64,000 nt of DNA, taken from contig CM097887.1 in assembly GCA_044892525.1 (NCBI GenBank), positions 61,566,001 through 61,630,000 on the forward strand, read 5' to 3'. This DNA comes from Schmidtea polychroa. Lineage: Eukaryota. Position 1 is the stretch's first letter. The number at the start of each line of letters is the position of its first letter. The position numbers and the translations under genes are program-made. Below, piece after piece: positions 35,301-46,615 of this stretch. The notes beneath the pieces were generated by a model, which saw only the letters and a program-made list of their open reading frames with translations, searched no databases and had not been told where the DNA came from.

Positions 35301-35900
35301 AACCGATGGATTAGTAGAGAGGTTTAACGGGACATTATTAAGTAGATTAGCGGTTTTTGTGGGAAAAAATCAAAATGACTGGGATGAATATGTTAGTCAA
35401 TGCTCGTACATTCATAATATCACACCTAATGAAACTACAGGGTACTCACCATATTTCTTAATGTTTTTAAGAGAACCAGCAACACCAATCGATACAATTT
35501 TTGAACCACGAGTATCACAATATTTAGATGCGCCAGATTACGTAACACTGATGCAAGAACGAATGCAAGAAGTGTATAAAGTAGCTAATCTAAAAGTAAA
35601 ATTCAGACAAGAGCAATATAAAGCTGATTACGATAGGACATGTAAACCGCATACTTTTAAAGTGGGAGATAAGGTTAGACTTATGTCACCACAAGTAGGA
35701 AAAGGAAAAACAACAAAATTAGCAAGACCATTTAAAGGTCCATACGAGGTAGTAAAAGTAGTGCACGAAAATTTACATTTACAAAGACACAAAAATGAGG
35801 ACCCTATCATAGTACATGTTAACAGATGTAAACTTGCAGAAACAGAAATAACAGTAGAACCACCCCATAAATACAGTTTACGATCACAGAAAGGGTTGAT
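32400..35900 (+). pseudogene. Pol: aspartic protease, RT, RNase H, integrase
   Basis: ALVDTGA; SQWASPIVPVKKKDG..CIDYRKLN; YMND (YxDD mutated); MADASGKAVGAVL..IRTDHKPL; HHCC zinc finger, D-D-E, GPY. In-frame TAA at 32511-32513; frameshifts at ~33955 and ~35118. Confidence 0.95.
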
Positions 35901-36849
35901 GATGTCAACAATTTTTCTAACAATTATTGGACTTGTTAATTCAATCGATATTAAATATTTAACAGAATTTATAGGAGATAAAGAGATCCTAATAAACATT
36001 TCGCCATACGAAATCAATGTATTTAACTTAAATAGAATGCCAATAAGGGATTTATACCTAGAAACAACCAATGATACACCAATCAGACTAATGGAGAAAA
36101 GGGAAGAAAGATCCACTAATGAATTCGAAAAAGGGGATATCGTTAAATTTATAAACTTAAAACCCAACACAGAATACACCCTATGTGCACAATGGAACCT
36201 AGAGATGCATACATCACAAATAAAATGTAAAAAAATAACAACACTACAACAAAAAAAGCAGAAAATAACCAAACGAATTAACATAAGTACAATGCTCAAA
36301 ACAACTATGTCAACTACTACCTTAAGCACAACAACTACTCAAAAAACCGTTCAAACAATAACAAGTACAGATGTAACAACTGAGTACAAAACAAGAAAAC
36401 AAGCATATATAAAATTTGTAAGAGCAACACCATGGCAAATAAAGGAAAAAATAAAGTTACCACCGGGAAAACCCGTCGTGATAAGTAATTGGGATGAATT
36501 ACAAGCTTTTCAAACAAAAACACTCAAACCATGTTGGTCCTTTTATGTAATGTCAGCAAGCATCCTAGCAGTAGCAATTCTAGCAATAGCACTAGTATAC
36601 AAATCTACAAAAAATACAAGTGGAAACGGCAGCGGTATCGGCACCGACTGGTCAATAGTATACCAGGGCAGTTTCACTTGGACAGAGATATACCAGGGCA
36701 ATATACAATGTCCACTTGAGTGTAATAATTTCATAAAATGGTCAATAATATTAAATAAAATCACATATATAAATATTTATAAAAAAAGTGCGTATAAGGT
36801 TAAACCCACAATGCGCAATCAATATGTATATTTACATTTCCTTTTTTGA
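35899..36849 (+). CDS. Signal peptide / FN3-like / Thr-rich stalk / TM module fused in frame to the integrase C-terminus
   Basis: Within ORF 35104-36849: MMSTIFLTIIGLVNS, LKPNTEYTLC, TTMSTTTLSTTTT, FYVMSASILAVAILAIALVY. Confidence 0.65.
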   Translation: MMSTIFLTIIGLVNSIDIKYLTEFIGDKEILINISPYEINVFNLNRMPIRDLYLETTNDTPIRLMEKREERSTNEFEKGDIVKFINLKPNTEYTLCAQWNLEMHTSQIKCKKITTLQQKKQKITKRINISTMLKTTMSTTTLSTTTTQKTVQTITSTDVTTEYKTRKQAYIKFVRATPWQIKEKIKLPPGKPVVISNWDELQAFQTKTLKPCWSFYVMSASILAVAILAIALVYKSTKNTSGNGSGIGTDWSIVYQGSFTWTEIYQGNIQCPLECNNFIKWSIILNKITYINIYKKSAYKVKPTMRNQYVYLHFLF

Positions 36850-36879
36850 ACAGAAATCAATAGAATAGCAATATCGACA

Positions 36880-38676
36880 ATGCAATCCAATTTCCCAAAC
36901 AATCAGTTCAATAATCAACAATCAATGAAAAAATATTCATTTACAATCCATAAACATTATCATAGTTTTTATAAGAATCTCCAAAACAAAATCAGTACAG
37001 ATGGCTCACCCATAACAATTAGAAGCTTCCCAAACCAAGTCTGCATACCCAACGACATGAAAATTGAAATAGAAAAAAGAGAGATGCATTTGATCAAATT
37101 CAACGAAGCTCGAAGAGTCAAGCTAAGAGAGCTGATCGGGACATATGATCGTTACCCTAATGTCGAAAATGCAGTAAGAGAGGGAAAAAAGGTACCACAT
37201 CGTATCTTATTCCATATGACCAAAACAGAGGTCTCAATATCTCAGCAGAAGATTCCAATAATCACAAAAAGCAACTGTACAACGGTCATGAAGACCATCA
37301 ACAACAACCGAAGCATGCCAAATGAATTCAATGAGCTGACAGTGCAAATGAACAACCTACCCTGTGTAATAGCCATCGAGGTGCTATATATCCCAACAAT
37401 TCCAAACCCATTCAGAGAGCTCCAATTAATTAAATCCAACATCATAATATATCAAGATTTCATAACAAAGAAAGTGTCATTCACACATCAAGATCTCCCC
37501 ATACCCGAGAGACAACAGAAAATTGTATTCGTAGATGTCAAAGAGATATGCGACATCAACAACAACCTCAGATCGGTGGAGGTATGTATCCGAAATTTCC
37601 GAGGAGAGATTATATACAGAAAACAAATAACACCCCGAACAAAAGTGTGGCACTATTATCCCGAAAAAACAAAAGCAGATCGAGATTCAATCATAGGGAA
37701 CGAGGACGAATATCGAGCTTTGGTAGATATACAAGATCTACTCCTCGAAAAATTTATAGTGGGTTACGACATCATGAGCAAGCTGAGAACTCTGACATTA
37801 GATTTATACAATATCATGGGAGTGAGGGAGATGGCAGCAGATAGATTTAAGTGCTCATTCGTAAAGAACATCGCACCACACAAAATACGATTATCAAACC
37901 TCGCATTCCAAGTGATAGCAACCCATCAAAAATGGCGAAAGGACAAGAAAATCAATGAGATCCTGAAAAGACCAGAACCATTTTCAACAGAATATACCAC
38001 CCTCATTTTTAAGGTGACTTACCAAATTGTGGAAAAACAATTGGAAGAAGTCATACATTGGGAGATTACACAATTTCAAAAAGACGAAAATAACCAGGGC
38101 TATCAACTCAGTGAGAGGAGAGAAACCAGTGATGAGCTAGAATCAGACGATGAAGATATATATATCGAGCCATCGCAAGTAGAATTAAAATTTCGAAAAG
38201 ATGGAAGGCGGAGAACATGTGAAGACGAGTTATTGGACGACGATAGCGACGACGATCTTATTTTTGTGAAACAAGAAAATAGTACAATTCAGCTTACAAC
38301 TATCAAAAGAGAACCAGGGACTAGCAATAAATTTGGAGAGATACAATGCGACCTGGATTCAGACAAAGAATATTTCTCAATAGAAGAAGAGACGGAGGAC
38401 GATTATAAAATGCAAATAGAAGAAGTAGAGGAGGAATTGGGACCAGAGCCAAATATCGCGTTAGAAGAGCCGAACTTTATAATTGAAAAAGACAAAGGTA
38501 TGATCTCAGAGAAAGACATATGTCGTCATTTCGGAAGACGAATTAACGAAGGAGACATACTGAATTTGGCCTTGGAAAAAGGATTTCGGAGAACAGTGAT
38601 GAAAGCAAGGGACTGTGAGATCGAATTAGTAATCTGCGATAAAGGTAATGAGGACATTACCTTGACGGCCCTGTGA
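36880..38676 (+). CDS. Accessory ORF with a degenerate REX4/ISG20-like DEDDh fold and acidic tail (598 aa)
   Basis: KIVFVDVKEI..VEVCIRNFRGEIIYRKQITP..LLEKFIVGYDIMSKL..GVREMA aligns by eye to REX4/ISG20 Exo motifs, with catalytic acidic residues replaced. Confidence 0.6.
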   Translation: MQSNFPNNQFNNQQSMKKYSFTIHKHYHSFYKNLQNKISTDGSPITIRSFPNQVCIPNDMKIEIEKREMHLIKFNEARRVKLRELIGTYDRYPNVENAVREGKKVPHRILFHMTKTEVSISQQKIPIITKSNCTTVMKTINNNRSMPNEFNELTVQMNNLPCVIAIEVLYIPTIPNPFRELQLIKSNIIIYQDFITKKVSFTHQDLPIPERQQKIVFVDVKEICDINNNLRSVEVCIRNFRGEIIYRKQITPRTKVWHYYPEKTKADRDSIIGNEDEYRALVDIQDLLLEKFIVGYDIMSKLRTLTLDLYNIMGVREMAADRFKCSFVKNIAPHKIRLSNLAFQVIATHQKWRKDKKINEILKRPEPFSTEYTTLIFKVTYQIVEKQLEEVIHWEITQFQKDENNQGYQLSERRETSDELESDDEDIYIEPSQVELKFRKDGRRRTCEDELLDDDSDDDLIFVKQENSTIQLTTIKREPGTSNKFGEIQCDLDSDKEYFSIEEETEDDYKMQIEEVEEELGPEPNIALEEPNFIIEKDKGMISEKDICRHFGRRINEGDILNLALEKGFRRTVMKARDCEIELVICDKGNEDITLTAL

Positions 38677-38680
38677 GGAA

Positions 38681-39770
38681 TGTTGGATGACAGGGGTCGA
38701 AGAATTGAAAAATTCGAGTTAACAAAGTATTATCAAACAGGCCCGAATCGATACCGGGTGAATATATTCGCAGAAAGAAGACTGTTTCCAAACAATCAAG
38801 CGTGATTTAACAATTACTATATTAAGAGACAAATATGATTTAATCTTTCTAACAATAATGAATCTTTGGGATTGTATATTTTATAACAATTTATATCCTC
38901 ATCTTTATTTTATTGTATATGGTATAAGCTGCATATTTTATTTTAGATTGTATCTTTCATTTTTATCTGCTGTATAGATTCACATTTTATTTTTTTTTAT
39001 ATTGTAGTAATTCATATTTTATTTTTTTACAACGTAGTAATTTATACTCTTATATCCTTTTGTACAATATATTATAATAATTTATATTTTAATTACATTT
39101 AAATAATCCACAAAAAAGGGAAATATAAAATCTGGGTAAATAAAGAAACAATTTATTAAGTAAATAAGGAAGGTCGCAGTTGGGAAATAACCCATGTGTG
39201 AGTTCTGAATAAATAAAAAGAAGAGAGGGAAATTTGGTAAATAAACAAGAGAAGTAGTTTTGAGTCCGTTTGAATGTGGGTATTGTGTAAAAACAAATAA
39301 ATGGGGTTTTCTTATGTGGATTGAGTAAACAAAAATTCAGTATATATACTGAACCAAAAATCACAAAATTCGCCCAAAAAATAAGCGATTAGTACTGCTT
39401 TAGAAGGTAAATCCTTACAAAGCATAAAAATCAGACAGACACTACAAAAACGTCTAAAGGTTATTACAAGCAACACAACACGCACATATAACACGCACAT
39501 ATAACACGCACATATAACACGCACACACAAAACACAACACGCATCGTGAAAGTAAATCAAAAAGAGTTTGAAGGGAATAATTGATTGTAAAAGAGTTTGA
39601 AACGAGAGATTGATTTTGAAGTTATTCAAGCCGATAATTTGAATTGGTAAAAAATTTTATATTAATAAATTTTAGTTACAAATTTGGCCTTTGTATTTTC
39701 ATATTTATATATTTATATAGTTATAACCAGTGCACGTTGGGTTTCAATAAATATTATTGAGACCTCAACA
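38681..39770 (+). repeat. 3' LTR (1,090 bp)
   Basis: TGTTG...CAACA, preceded by a short purine run GAGGAA. Confidence 0.95.
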
Positions 39771-40470
39771 TTTGTAAAAAATAGAGATATTTTATTAATA
39801 ATATTGGAAATACAGTCATGTTTTTGCAGTTTAACTACAAATTACTATATTCTCTTCATTGACAAGAGACATGAAATCAACTTTTCCTTGCATTATATCA
39901 CTTTTCTAATCCACTCTACTAATTTACGAATTAATTTAAATTGCCATATTCCCATCTACTAATTGGATTCGAGTCAATTGTCATTGTCATACTTGCCTGT
40001 GTATTTCAGAATTTAAGGGGTTTTAGCGGTTTCATGTCATTACCAAACATCGGAGCATGAGACGTGAAGCAAATAAGATTTAATGTGTTGGATGTAAATG
40101 TGGGATTTTTTAGTATTCTACTGGTCACTTCCGGGCCTACATCAATACGGAATGTATAGCAGTCAAACTGTAAAGGGTGACACACAGTGGCTAGTTTTAT
40201 TCATGAATTTCTTCCTTGTATGATGTGAAATAATGTTAAGTCAAAAAATATATTCTCAAAAAATGTTAAATAAGTAACAACTTAAAATGTGTAGAATTAA
40301 ATAATATTTATTCTTATTTTCATTTAATATGATTTTATTTCTTAATATATTAACCAGATTATAAAATTAAAAGATGATTCTGATTCACTAAAACCGATAC
40401 AAGGATTAATTTAATTTTTACCAAGATAAAATACATTTAAAAATTTGTTTAAATAATATTATCTTTTGAA

Positions 40471-41422
40471 ATGATATGTAAGATTTACAGTGATAAATTA
40501 AACTTTAATTTTAATTTACATTTTATATGCAGCTAAAAAACAAAATATTTTAAAAAGTAAAGCTAAGAGAAATTTCAAAATCAATAAAAATACGATTATA
40601 AATAATAGCAAGCCGGTTATTTATACTAAACCTAAGGGTAAACATCGTGTTAAAAGTAGAGATATCAAAGAATTTGTTCAAAAAGAAAATCTAAAGTATG
40701 TTTATAAACATTAATTTTTGTTTTATAAAATTTTAAGAGATGATGATCCTAATAATGATGAACAAAACTTGCCACGAGGCTTACGAAATATGCTGAAAAA
40801 TAGTCAACTATACAAAAATGATCCTAAATCTTTTAAATTTAACAGTAAATAGCGAAAATATTGTTGGTATTTATTATAATTTTATAGAAATGAAACCAGA
40901 TGAAGAAAGAGCTAAGAAAAAAGTTGTCGAAGTTCCTAAGATGGTGCAACATAAAAAAGAGTCTGAAAATCGTTTTCTGTGGCGAATTCACGAAGAATCC
41001 AAAACAGCCATTGAAAAAAGCCAACTTCAAAATCAAGTAATAATATCATTTTAAAAGTTAAAAATATTACCTTTATATTATAGTTTCATACAAAATTAAC
41101 TCTTCCTGGAGAAGAAGGAATAAAATTTAAGAAATCAAAGAGCACTAAAAAATCTTTAAAGTGAAATTAATTAACTTTATTTCAAATATTGAATTTCGAT
41201 TTAGACGATTGAAAGAAAAGAATAAGAAAAAATCTCAATTGAAATTGTCCAAGAGATTTGAAGATATCGAGACGTTGACAGGTAACCTTTTTGATTAATA
41301 AATGTTGGTTGATTTCTTTAGATGTTGTCAAATTCGGTGATGTTGTCAAGGGCCCTCCTATGTTCAAATCAAAATTTGTTATTAAACCCAAAAAATCAAT
41401 TTTTCAAGGAGTTTCAAAATAA
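40471..41422 (+). CDS. CCDC137: CCDC137-like protein, 7 short exons
   Basis: Spliced reading DEQNLPRGLRNML, VPKMVQHKKESENRFLWRIHEE, DVVKFGDVVKGPP matches CCDC137-family blocks; GT-AG introns of roughly 44-55 bp. Confidence 0.7.
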
Positions 41423-42496
41423 ATTAAATTTGTTTCTGCTTATTATTTGTTTTATGTGTTTGTTTAAATGAATTGGCACTTGAACGTTTTTAATTTGGTG
41501 GATTGTTATAGGTTTGAATCCCATCTGCATATATTTGTATAGTTTTGATTTGTTTGTATCCATTATACAGTGCTTATTACAACACGATGATGTGGAATAA
41601 CACACGCGTATAACATTGATTTGACAAATCTCTCGCTACTCTCATTGTCAATTACCTGACTTTCTGACACATTTGAGGCAACCTCAATTAATTGCTATTT
41701 AATAAAATGCATTAGGCGTATTTCACATCATCACATTGAAGTACTTCATCAAAATGCGTTATTAAATATCCAAAATTGACAATCCTTTGTCCCACAATAA
41801 AGTCAAAAATTACGAAATCAAGTTTTAGCATGTTATTTTTAATATTAAACAAACACTAGAATAGAAACCACCAGATTATAATGTCAAATTGTTAATGACA
41901 TTCTTTCTCTTAGACAATATTTTCATGAGACAGCATCTTCACGTCCAAAACAAACATTAAAGTTGATTAAAAGTAATATTTATGAGCTTGAATAATGTTC
42001 TTATATCACTATATATTTTTTTCTCTTGGCTGTTATTTCCAAATAAAATTCATGATTGCAAAAAAATAATGGTTTAGATACCAACATGTACTATAAATGG
42101 GATTATTCCGTTCAAATGGGTGTAATATAGGTTTTAACAAGTGGTAGGAAAAACTAATGAAAAATAAAAACACAGCATTCGTAATTTCTATAATAAAACA
42201 AAAAAAATAAGCAAAACCTCTTAAAAAATACACATTTCTACGAATTTAATTTTTTTAATGAACTATCTCAATGTTCACTTTTGTAAAATTATAATTACTC
42301 ATTTTTTGTATGTAAATACTGCCAACTCACTCAATAAAATTATTATATTTTGCCAAGCAGCGTAATATATAAGGTGACTTAATATTTTCGATATTGAAAA
42401 TGATAATTAAATATATATGCAATCAATCACAAATTCTGCCATATAACTTTAATTATATTTACTGTTAATCGACTTTTCCTCAATAAAATCGCATTT

Positions 42497-43060
42497 ATGG
42501 AGGAAATTATAGAAAATGTGAAACCTGGAGTTAAAACATCATATTATTTAGAATATACATTTGTAGCTGCTGCTAGTGAAGGGAAAATGAGAGCTTTAGC
42601 GCGTTTAAATGGTGAAAGAATTGACGTTAACTGCCGAGATGCTCTTGGTAGAACTGGTCTTCACTGGGCTTGTCAAAATGGGCATTTTGATATTGTTAAA
42701 TATTTATTGGCGAATAAAGCAGAAAAAGACATTGTAGATGCTGATCTTATCACGCCTCTTCATTTGGCTGCCTTGAATCAGCATCTCAAATGTGTTCAAA
42801 TGCTTGTTTTGGCACAATCTAATTTGAACGCTTGTACTAAATCTGGTTGCAGACCTAAGGATTTGTGTCCATATGAATCCGCTACTTGGTGGGTGTTGAC
42901 ACGTGCCGAAGAAGGTGAATATCCCGACCCGTTAGTTTTTCCAGGCCCATCAGATTTACCTTTTGTTCCTAAATACGCGTTACCAAAAAGACCTGAAACT
43001 CCCGAAGATGAACGGAAACGTAAAGCCGCAATGAATAAACAAAAGAAACCTAAAAAATAA
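42497..43060 (+). CDS. Ankyrin-repeat protein (187 aa, single exon)
   Basis: GRTGLHWACQNGHFDIVKYLL and LITPLHLAALNQHLKCVQMLV ankyrin repeats. Confidence 0.9.
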   Translation: MEEIIENVKPGVKTSYYLEYTFVAAASEGKMRALARLNGERIDVNCRDALGRTGLHWACQNGHFDIVKYLLANKAEKDIVDADLITPLHLAALNQHLKCVQMLVLAQSNLNACTKSGCRPKDLCPYESATWWVLTRAEEGEYPDPLVFPGPSDLPFVPKYALPKRPETPEDERKRKAAMNKQKKPKK

Positions 43061-43789
43061 AGTATTTTATAGGTTTATTTTAAGAATGAGTTAAAATATT
43101 TCTTTTAATAAATGTGAAATGCGCAATTGTGATTTACTAAATAAAAATATATTATATATTACGACCTGAACGCGATTTCAACTAATAGGTAGTGTGAAGG
43201 AAAAGGAAAATCGCAGAAACCAGCATTATTAATTCACAGAAGAATTGACGAAGCCAGCCAGAAGATATCAGCAAAAAAGTGCAAGCATTTTTGGAAACAA
43301 GAAAAGTAAATATTAAACTGATAACAGAGGATTGAGGTTTAGAAAGATGACTATTGTATACGGAGTTTTAGTAATCGATCACAGCAATGACCAATTTATT
43401 AATTTCGTATTAATCTTTTTGATTAAATAACACTAGGAGTCAGTAATTAAGTATTAAATAAAAACTCAACGCGTTGCAGTATTTTATTTATATTGCAATT
43501 TGCAAACAAATTTTATGCTGCAGTATTTATTGGATAACATTTGGAAAGTTATTAGACCCCTGTGACCCATATACAAACCGTCTTTCATCTATTTGTGGGC
43601 TTACACTCTTTACTTTTGACCAGAGGTCTTAAACTCAACTCAATATGATGGCCAATTTAAGACAAGAACACCCTAAACACAAAACGCAAACCTTGCATTA
43701 AGTTTATTTAAACAAAAATATATACATCACCTAGTAAACAATGATATTAAAGAAATAAAATAATCAAAAATAAAACGTCCAAATTTAAA

Positions 43790-44720
43790 ATAAATGCAAG
43801 AAGTGTCACATGAAAACTGACTCATATATAACAGAAAAACACAAAAATTACAAAAATAAACTTGAATAAAGTCGAATTAAAGAAAAAACTTTAGAAAATG
43901 TAACATAAAGAAAATTCTAGACGAAAAACCCAGGACAATCTATAAAACTGGCGAAATCCATCATGGTCCCCATTCAATACAATATAATCTAAGAAAAATA
44001 AATAATTTAGTCTAAAATATAAAAATCTTAAAAAAAGAATCCATAAAAAACGACGCTAAAATAACAATTAGAATAAATTTAATATGGAATGTTCTTGAAA
44101 TTCCTAAATCCATCATGGAAGCAAAGTTAATAAAAATAATGCAAAAATAAATTCCAGACCCCTATGAAGGATTATTGGCCAAACGCTAGTTGTGACAATT
44201 TCACTTATTGTGGAATTAGATATAATTGTAACGTTAAATTATTCTTATGTTTATGTACAGTTTCAAATTTGTTTGTTCGAGTAGTGAGATATAAATAGGA
44301 AATGAGATCCGGAAACACAATCTAAAATAGAGGGATCAGGAAAAATCGGACACAGGCCTTCTATTAGCAGTCTGTGGACCCAAGGGAGTACTGGACAGTT
44401 ATAGTATACAAAATATGTTCTCTTTTTGCTAGTACTCCAACCCTTGATATATCAACCAAGGATTAGGTTAACAAATCAGACCCGTGGCGATGGAGATGAG
44501 GAGGTTGTGTATAAGTATATAGTATAGGTGTATAGTTGTGTATAAGGTTCTTGTTTACTTATCAAGTAGCAATATGATAATAAGAGTAGAATCATAAGCA
44601 CAAGTGATTAGTGCAATAGAGACCTAAATGAAAAACGGACACAGGCCTTTTATCGGCAGTCCGCGGACCCACTGGAGTACCTGACGATTATAGTCTATCA
44701 AGACATACTCACTTCAGCAT
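43790..44720 (-). mobile_element. Old, internally deleted relative of the TG...CA family
   Basis: 44340-44470 and 44630-44700 match the reverse complement of the family 5' region (GGACACAGGCCTT..GCAGTC..GGACCC); 43790-44180 resembles the family 3' region (AAATCCATCATGG blocks). Confidence 0.5.
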
Positions 44721-45092
44721 GAAACGGTAAAATTTGGATTATCTATAACCCACCAATATTAAGAAAGTTTTCTCTTTGTATAAATTTTAGTCACTAAACA
44801 AATAATTAATTGCCACCTTGATCCTTGGATTCTTTTCATAACATAATTTATTTTAATATTTTTATTTGCTCTTGTCAAAGAGAATTTTTGTTTATCTTAT
44901 TGCAATGGTTTATGAATTTGACAACTTTATAATTGTAGATGATTTATTTCATTGACCTATTTGCAACAACTGCCAGTAACTCGACAAATACTTAATTATG
45001 TTGAAATCCTCAATTAAAAATGAAATAATTATAAAAAAATAATTTTTTTTGCTATCAACAAATAGGTATTTTAATAATTACAGCTTTTAAAT

Positions 45093-45686
45093 TTAACTTG
45101 ATGAGTATGGAATCAAAATTGGTTTGGGGCATTTTGGTTCATTGATATCTTCCTTATCCATTTCTGGTTTTTTCTCTTTTCGTACTTTTCGATTTTTTCT
45201 TGTAAAGATTTTAATTTCTGCATGATATCTTATTAAGGCTGCTAAACTCCAGCATAAGGCTACCAGTAGAAATAACATTTGATTCCATAAAATGTTGTGA
45301 CAGGCTATTGCAAAACATACATTCGCCATTAAATTTACAGATAAAATTACTAAAATTAAAACTTTTCTTGTTCCGAAGTTGTTTTTTGTAGAAGAACACA
45401 AAGACATTAGGAATAGAACTGAGAAGGCAGTCATTAATATTCCACCTACGAAAAAGAAAATAATTGAAAATACTACTGCTACTTTTCTTCCCAGAGTTTG
45501 CTGAATAACTTTGGCGTGAAAACATTCTGTAAGAATGTAGCCGCAGCCCCACAGCCGACTGGCCAAGGCAACTATAAGAAAACATAAGGATATCAAAACT
45601 GTACAATAAGAAAAATAATCCAATTTTGGTTTCCTTCTCCCATCGTTGGAAGTAGCTGAATTGGTTGTACAAATTGTACTAGTCAT
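45093..45686 (-). CDS. Small four-TM (claudin-like) membrane protein, paralog 1
   Basis: Four hydrophobic segments and a W-G-C-G..C first loop; intronless; ATG at 45686. Confidence 0.75.
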   Translation of the reverse strand: MTSTICTTNSATSNDGRRKPKLDYFSYCTVLISLCFLIVALASRLWGCGYILTECFHAKVIQQTLGRKVAVVFSIIFFFVGGILMTAFSVLFLMSLCSSTKNNFGTRKVLILVILSVNLMANVCFAIACHNILWNQMLFLLVALCWSLAALIRYHAEIKIFTRKNRKVRKEKKPEMDKEDINEPKCPKPILIPYSSS

Positions 45687-45937
45687 TAACAAGAGCTATT
45701 GATGTTATTATTAATTAAAATTAAGAATTCATTTTTAATATTTTAATCTTTTTTTCATATTCAATATTTATCAGATATCACAGTTTTGGTTGCTCAACAA
45801 GATCTTAAAAAATGATATTTTTTCATCCAAGGTTTATAAGTTAGGAACAGTTATTATTACATTATTGGGGAACAGATTATGTAATGCAAAATCGTAAAAT
45901 ATAATAATCAAAATATAATATGTAATACACCAAAGCG

Positions 45938-46615
45938 TAAGGTGACCAGATTTTTAATTGGGCAAAGCGGGACAACTTTGAAGGAGGGGGTTTCAACGAA
46001 AATTTCATATAGAATAAAAATAATATGGTAATATTTTTTGATTTTTAACATAAGTACAATTTATAAATATAAAAAAGTTGTATAATTTTATTCCTTGACA
46101 TATTTTTTATTTGAGTGAATTTGTTTCAGTAGATTGTTGTCATTTTTTAAAATATTGTAAAAATTTTATTTTTATATTTCTTTCTAAAATTTCTTTTAAG
46201 ATTAGGGCCAGTGATATACTTTTTGTTATCAATATAAAATTGAAGACTACGAGTATTTTAAGCTAAGTTTAAGAAAATTTATGTATTTATGAAATATATA
46301 AATAAATTATTTATCTTAATTTTCTATGGTAAGTAGCAGATTTGTAATATTTATTTGTTTAATTAGCTTCCTAGCACGCAGTACGAACTCGAAGTATATC
46401 ATCTGAGAAACAAATACAATGTGACTGGGTAAGAAAAGCAAATATGTTAGTCTTAGTAGTCCGTAGGATTCTTAGAATGCAAAACAATGATTTTCATAAA
46501 TATAAAATTTAACTTAATTCTAAAAGTCGGAACTTTTGGAAAACGTTGCGGGACGCGGGATAAATCGTGAAAAGTCGGGACTGTCCAGCCAAGAGCTGGA
46601 CGTCTGGTCACTTTA
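45938..46615. mobile_element. Possible degenerate hAT (Tip100-like) non-autonomous element
   Basis: Imperfect TIRs TAAGGTGACCAGA / TCTGGTCACTTTA with CGGGACA subterminal motifs; no TSD recovered. Confidence 0.35.

Larger units (their letters stand above)
20271..39770 (+). mobile_element. Ty3/Gypsy LTR retrotransposon with env-like glycoprotein, inactivated
   Basis: LTRs TGTTG...CAACA; 4-bp TSD TTTG at 20267-20270 and 39771-39774; PBS; PR-RT-RH-IN order. About ten LTR differences by eye (~1%). Confidence 0.95.

Noticed and set aside
39775-40200. Moderately GC-rich sequence flanking the Gypsy insertion (with 20100-20270) that might be a disrupted gene
   Set aside because: All frames are interrupted and no motif was recognised.
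41414-42250. Short minus-strand ORFs between CCDC137 and the ankyrin gene
   Set aside because: No consistent exon chain or domain could be built by eye.
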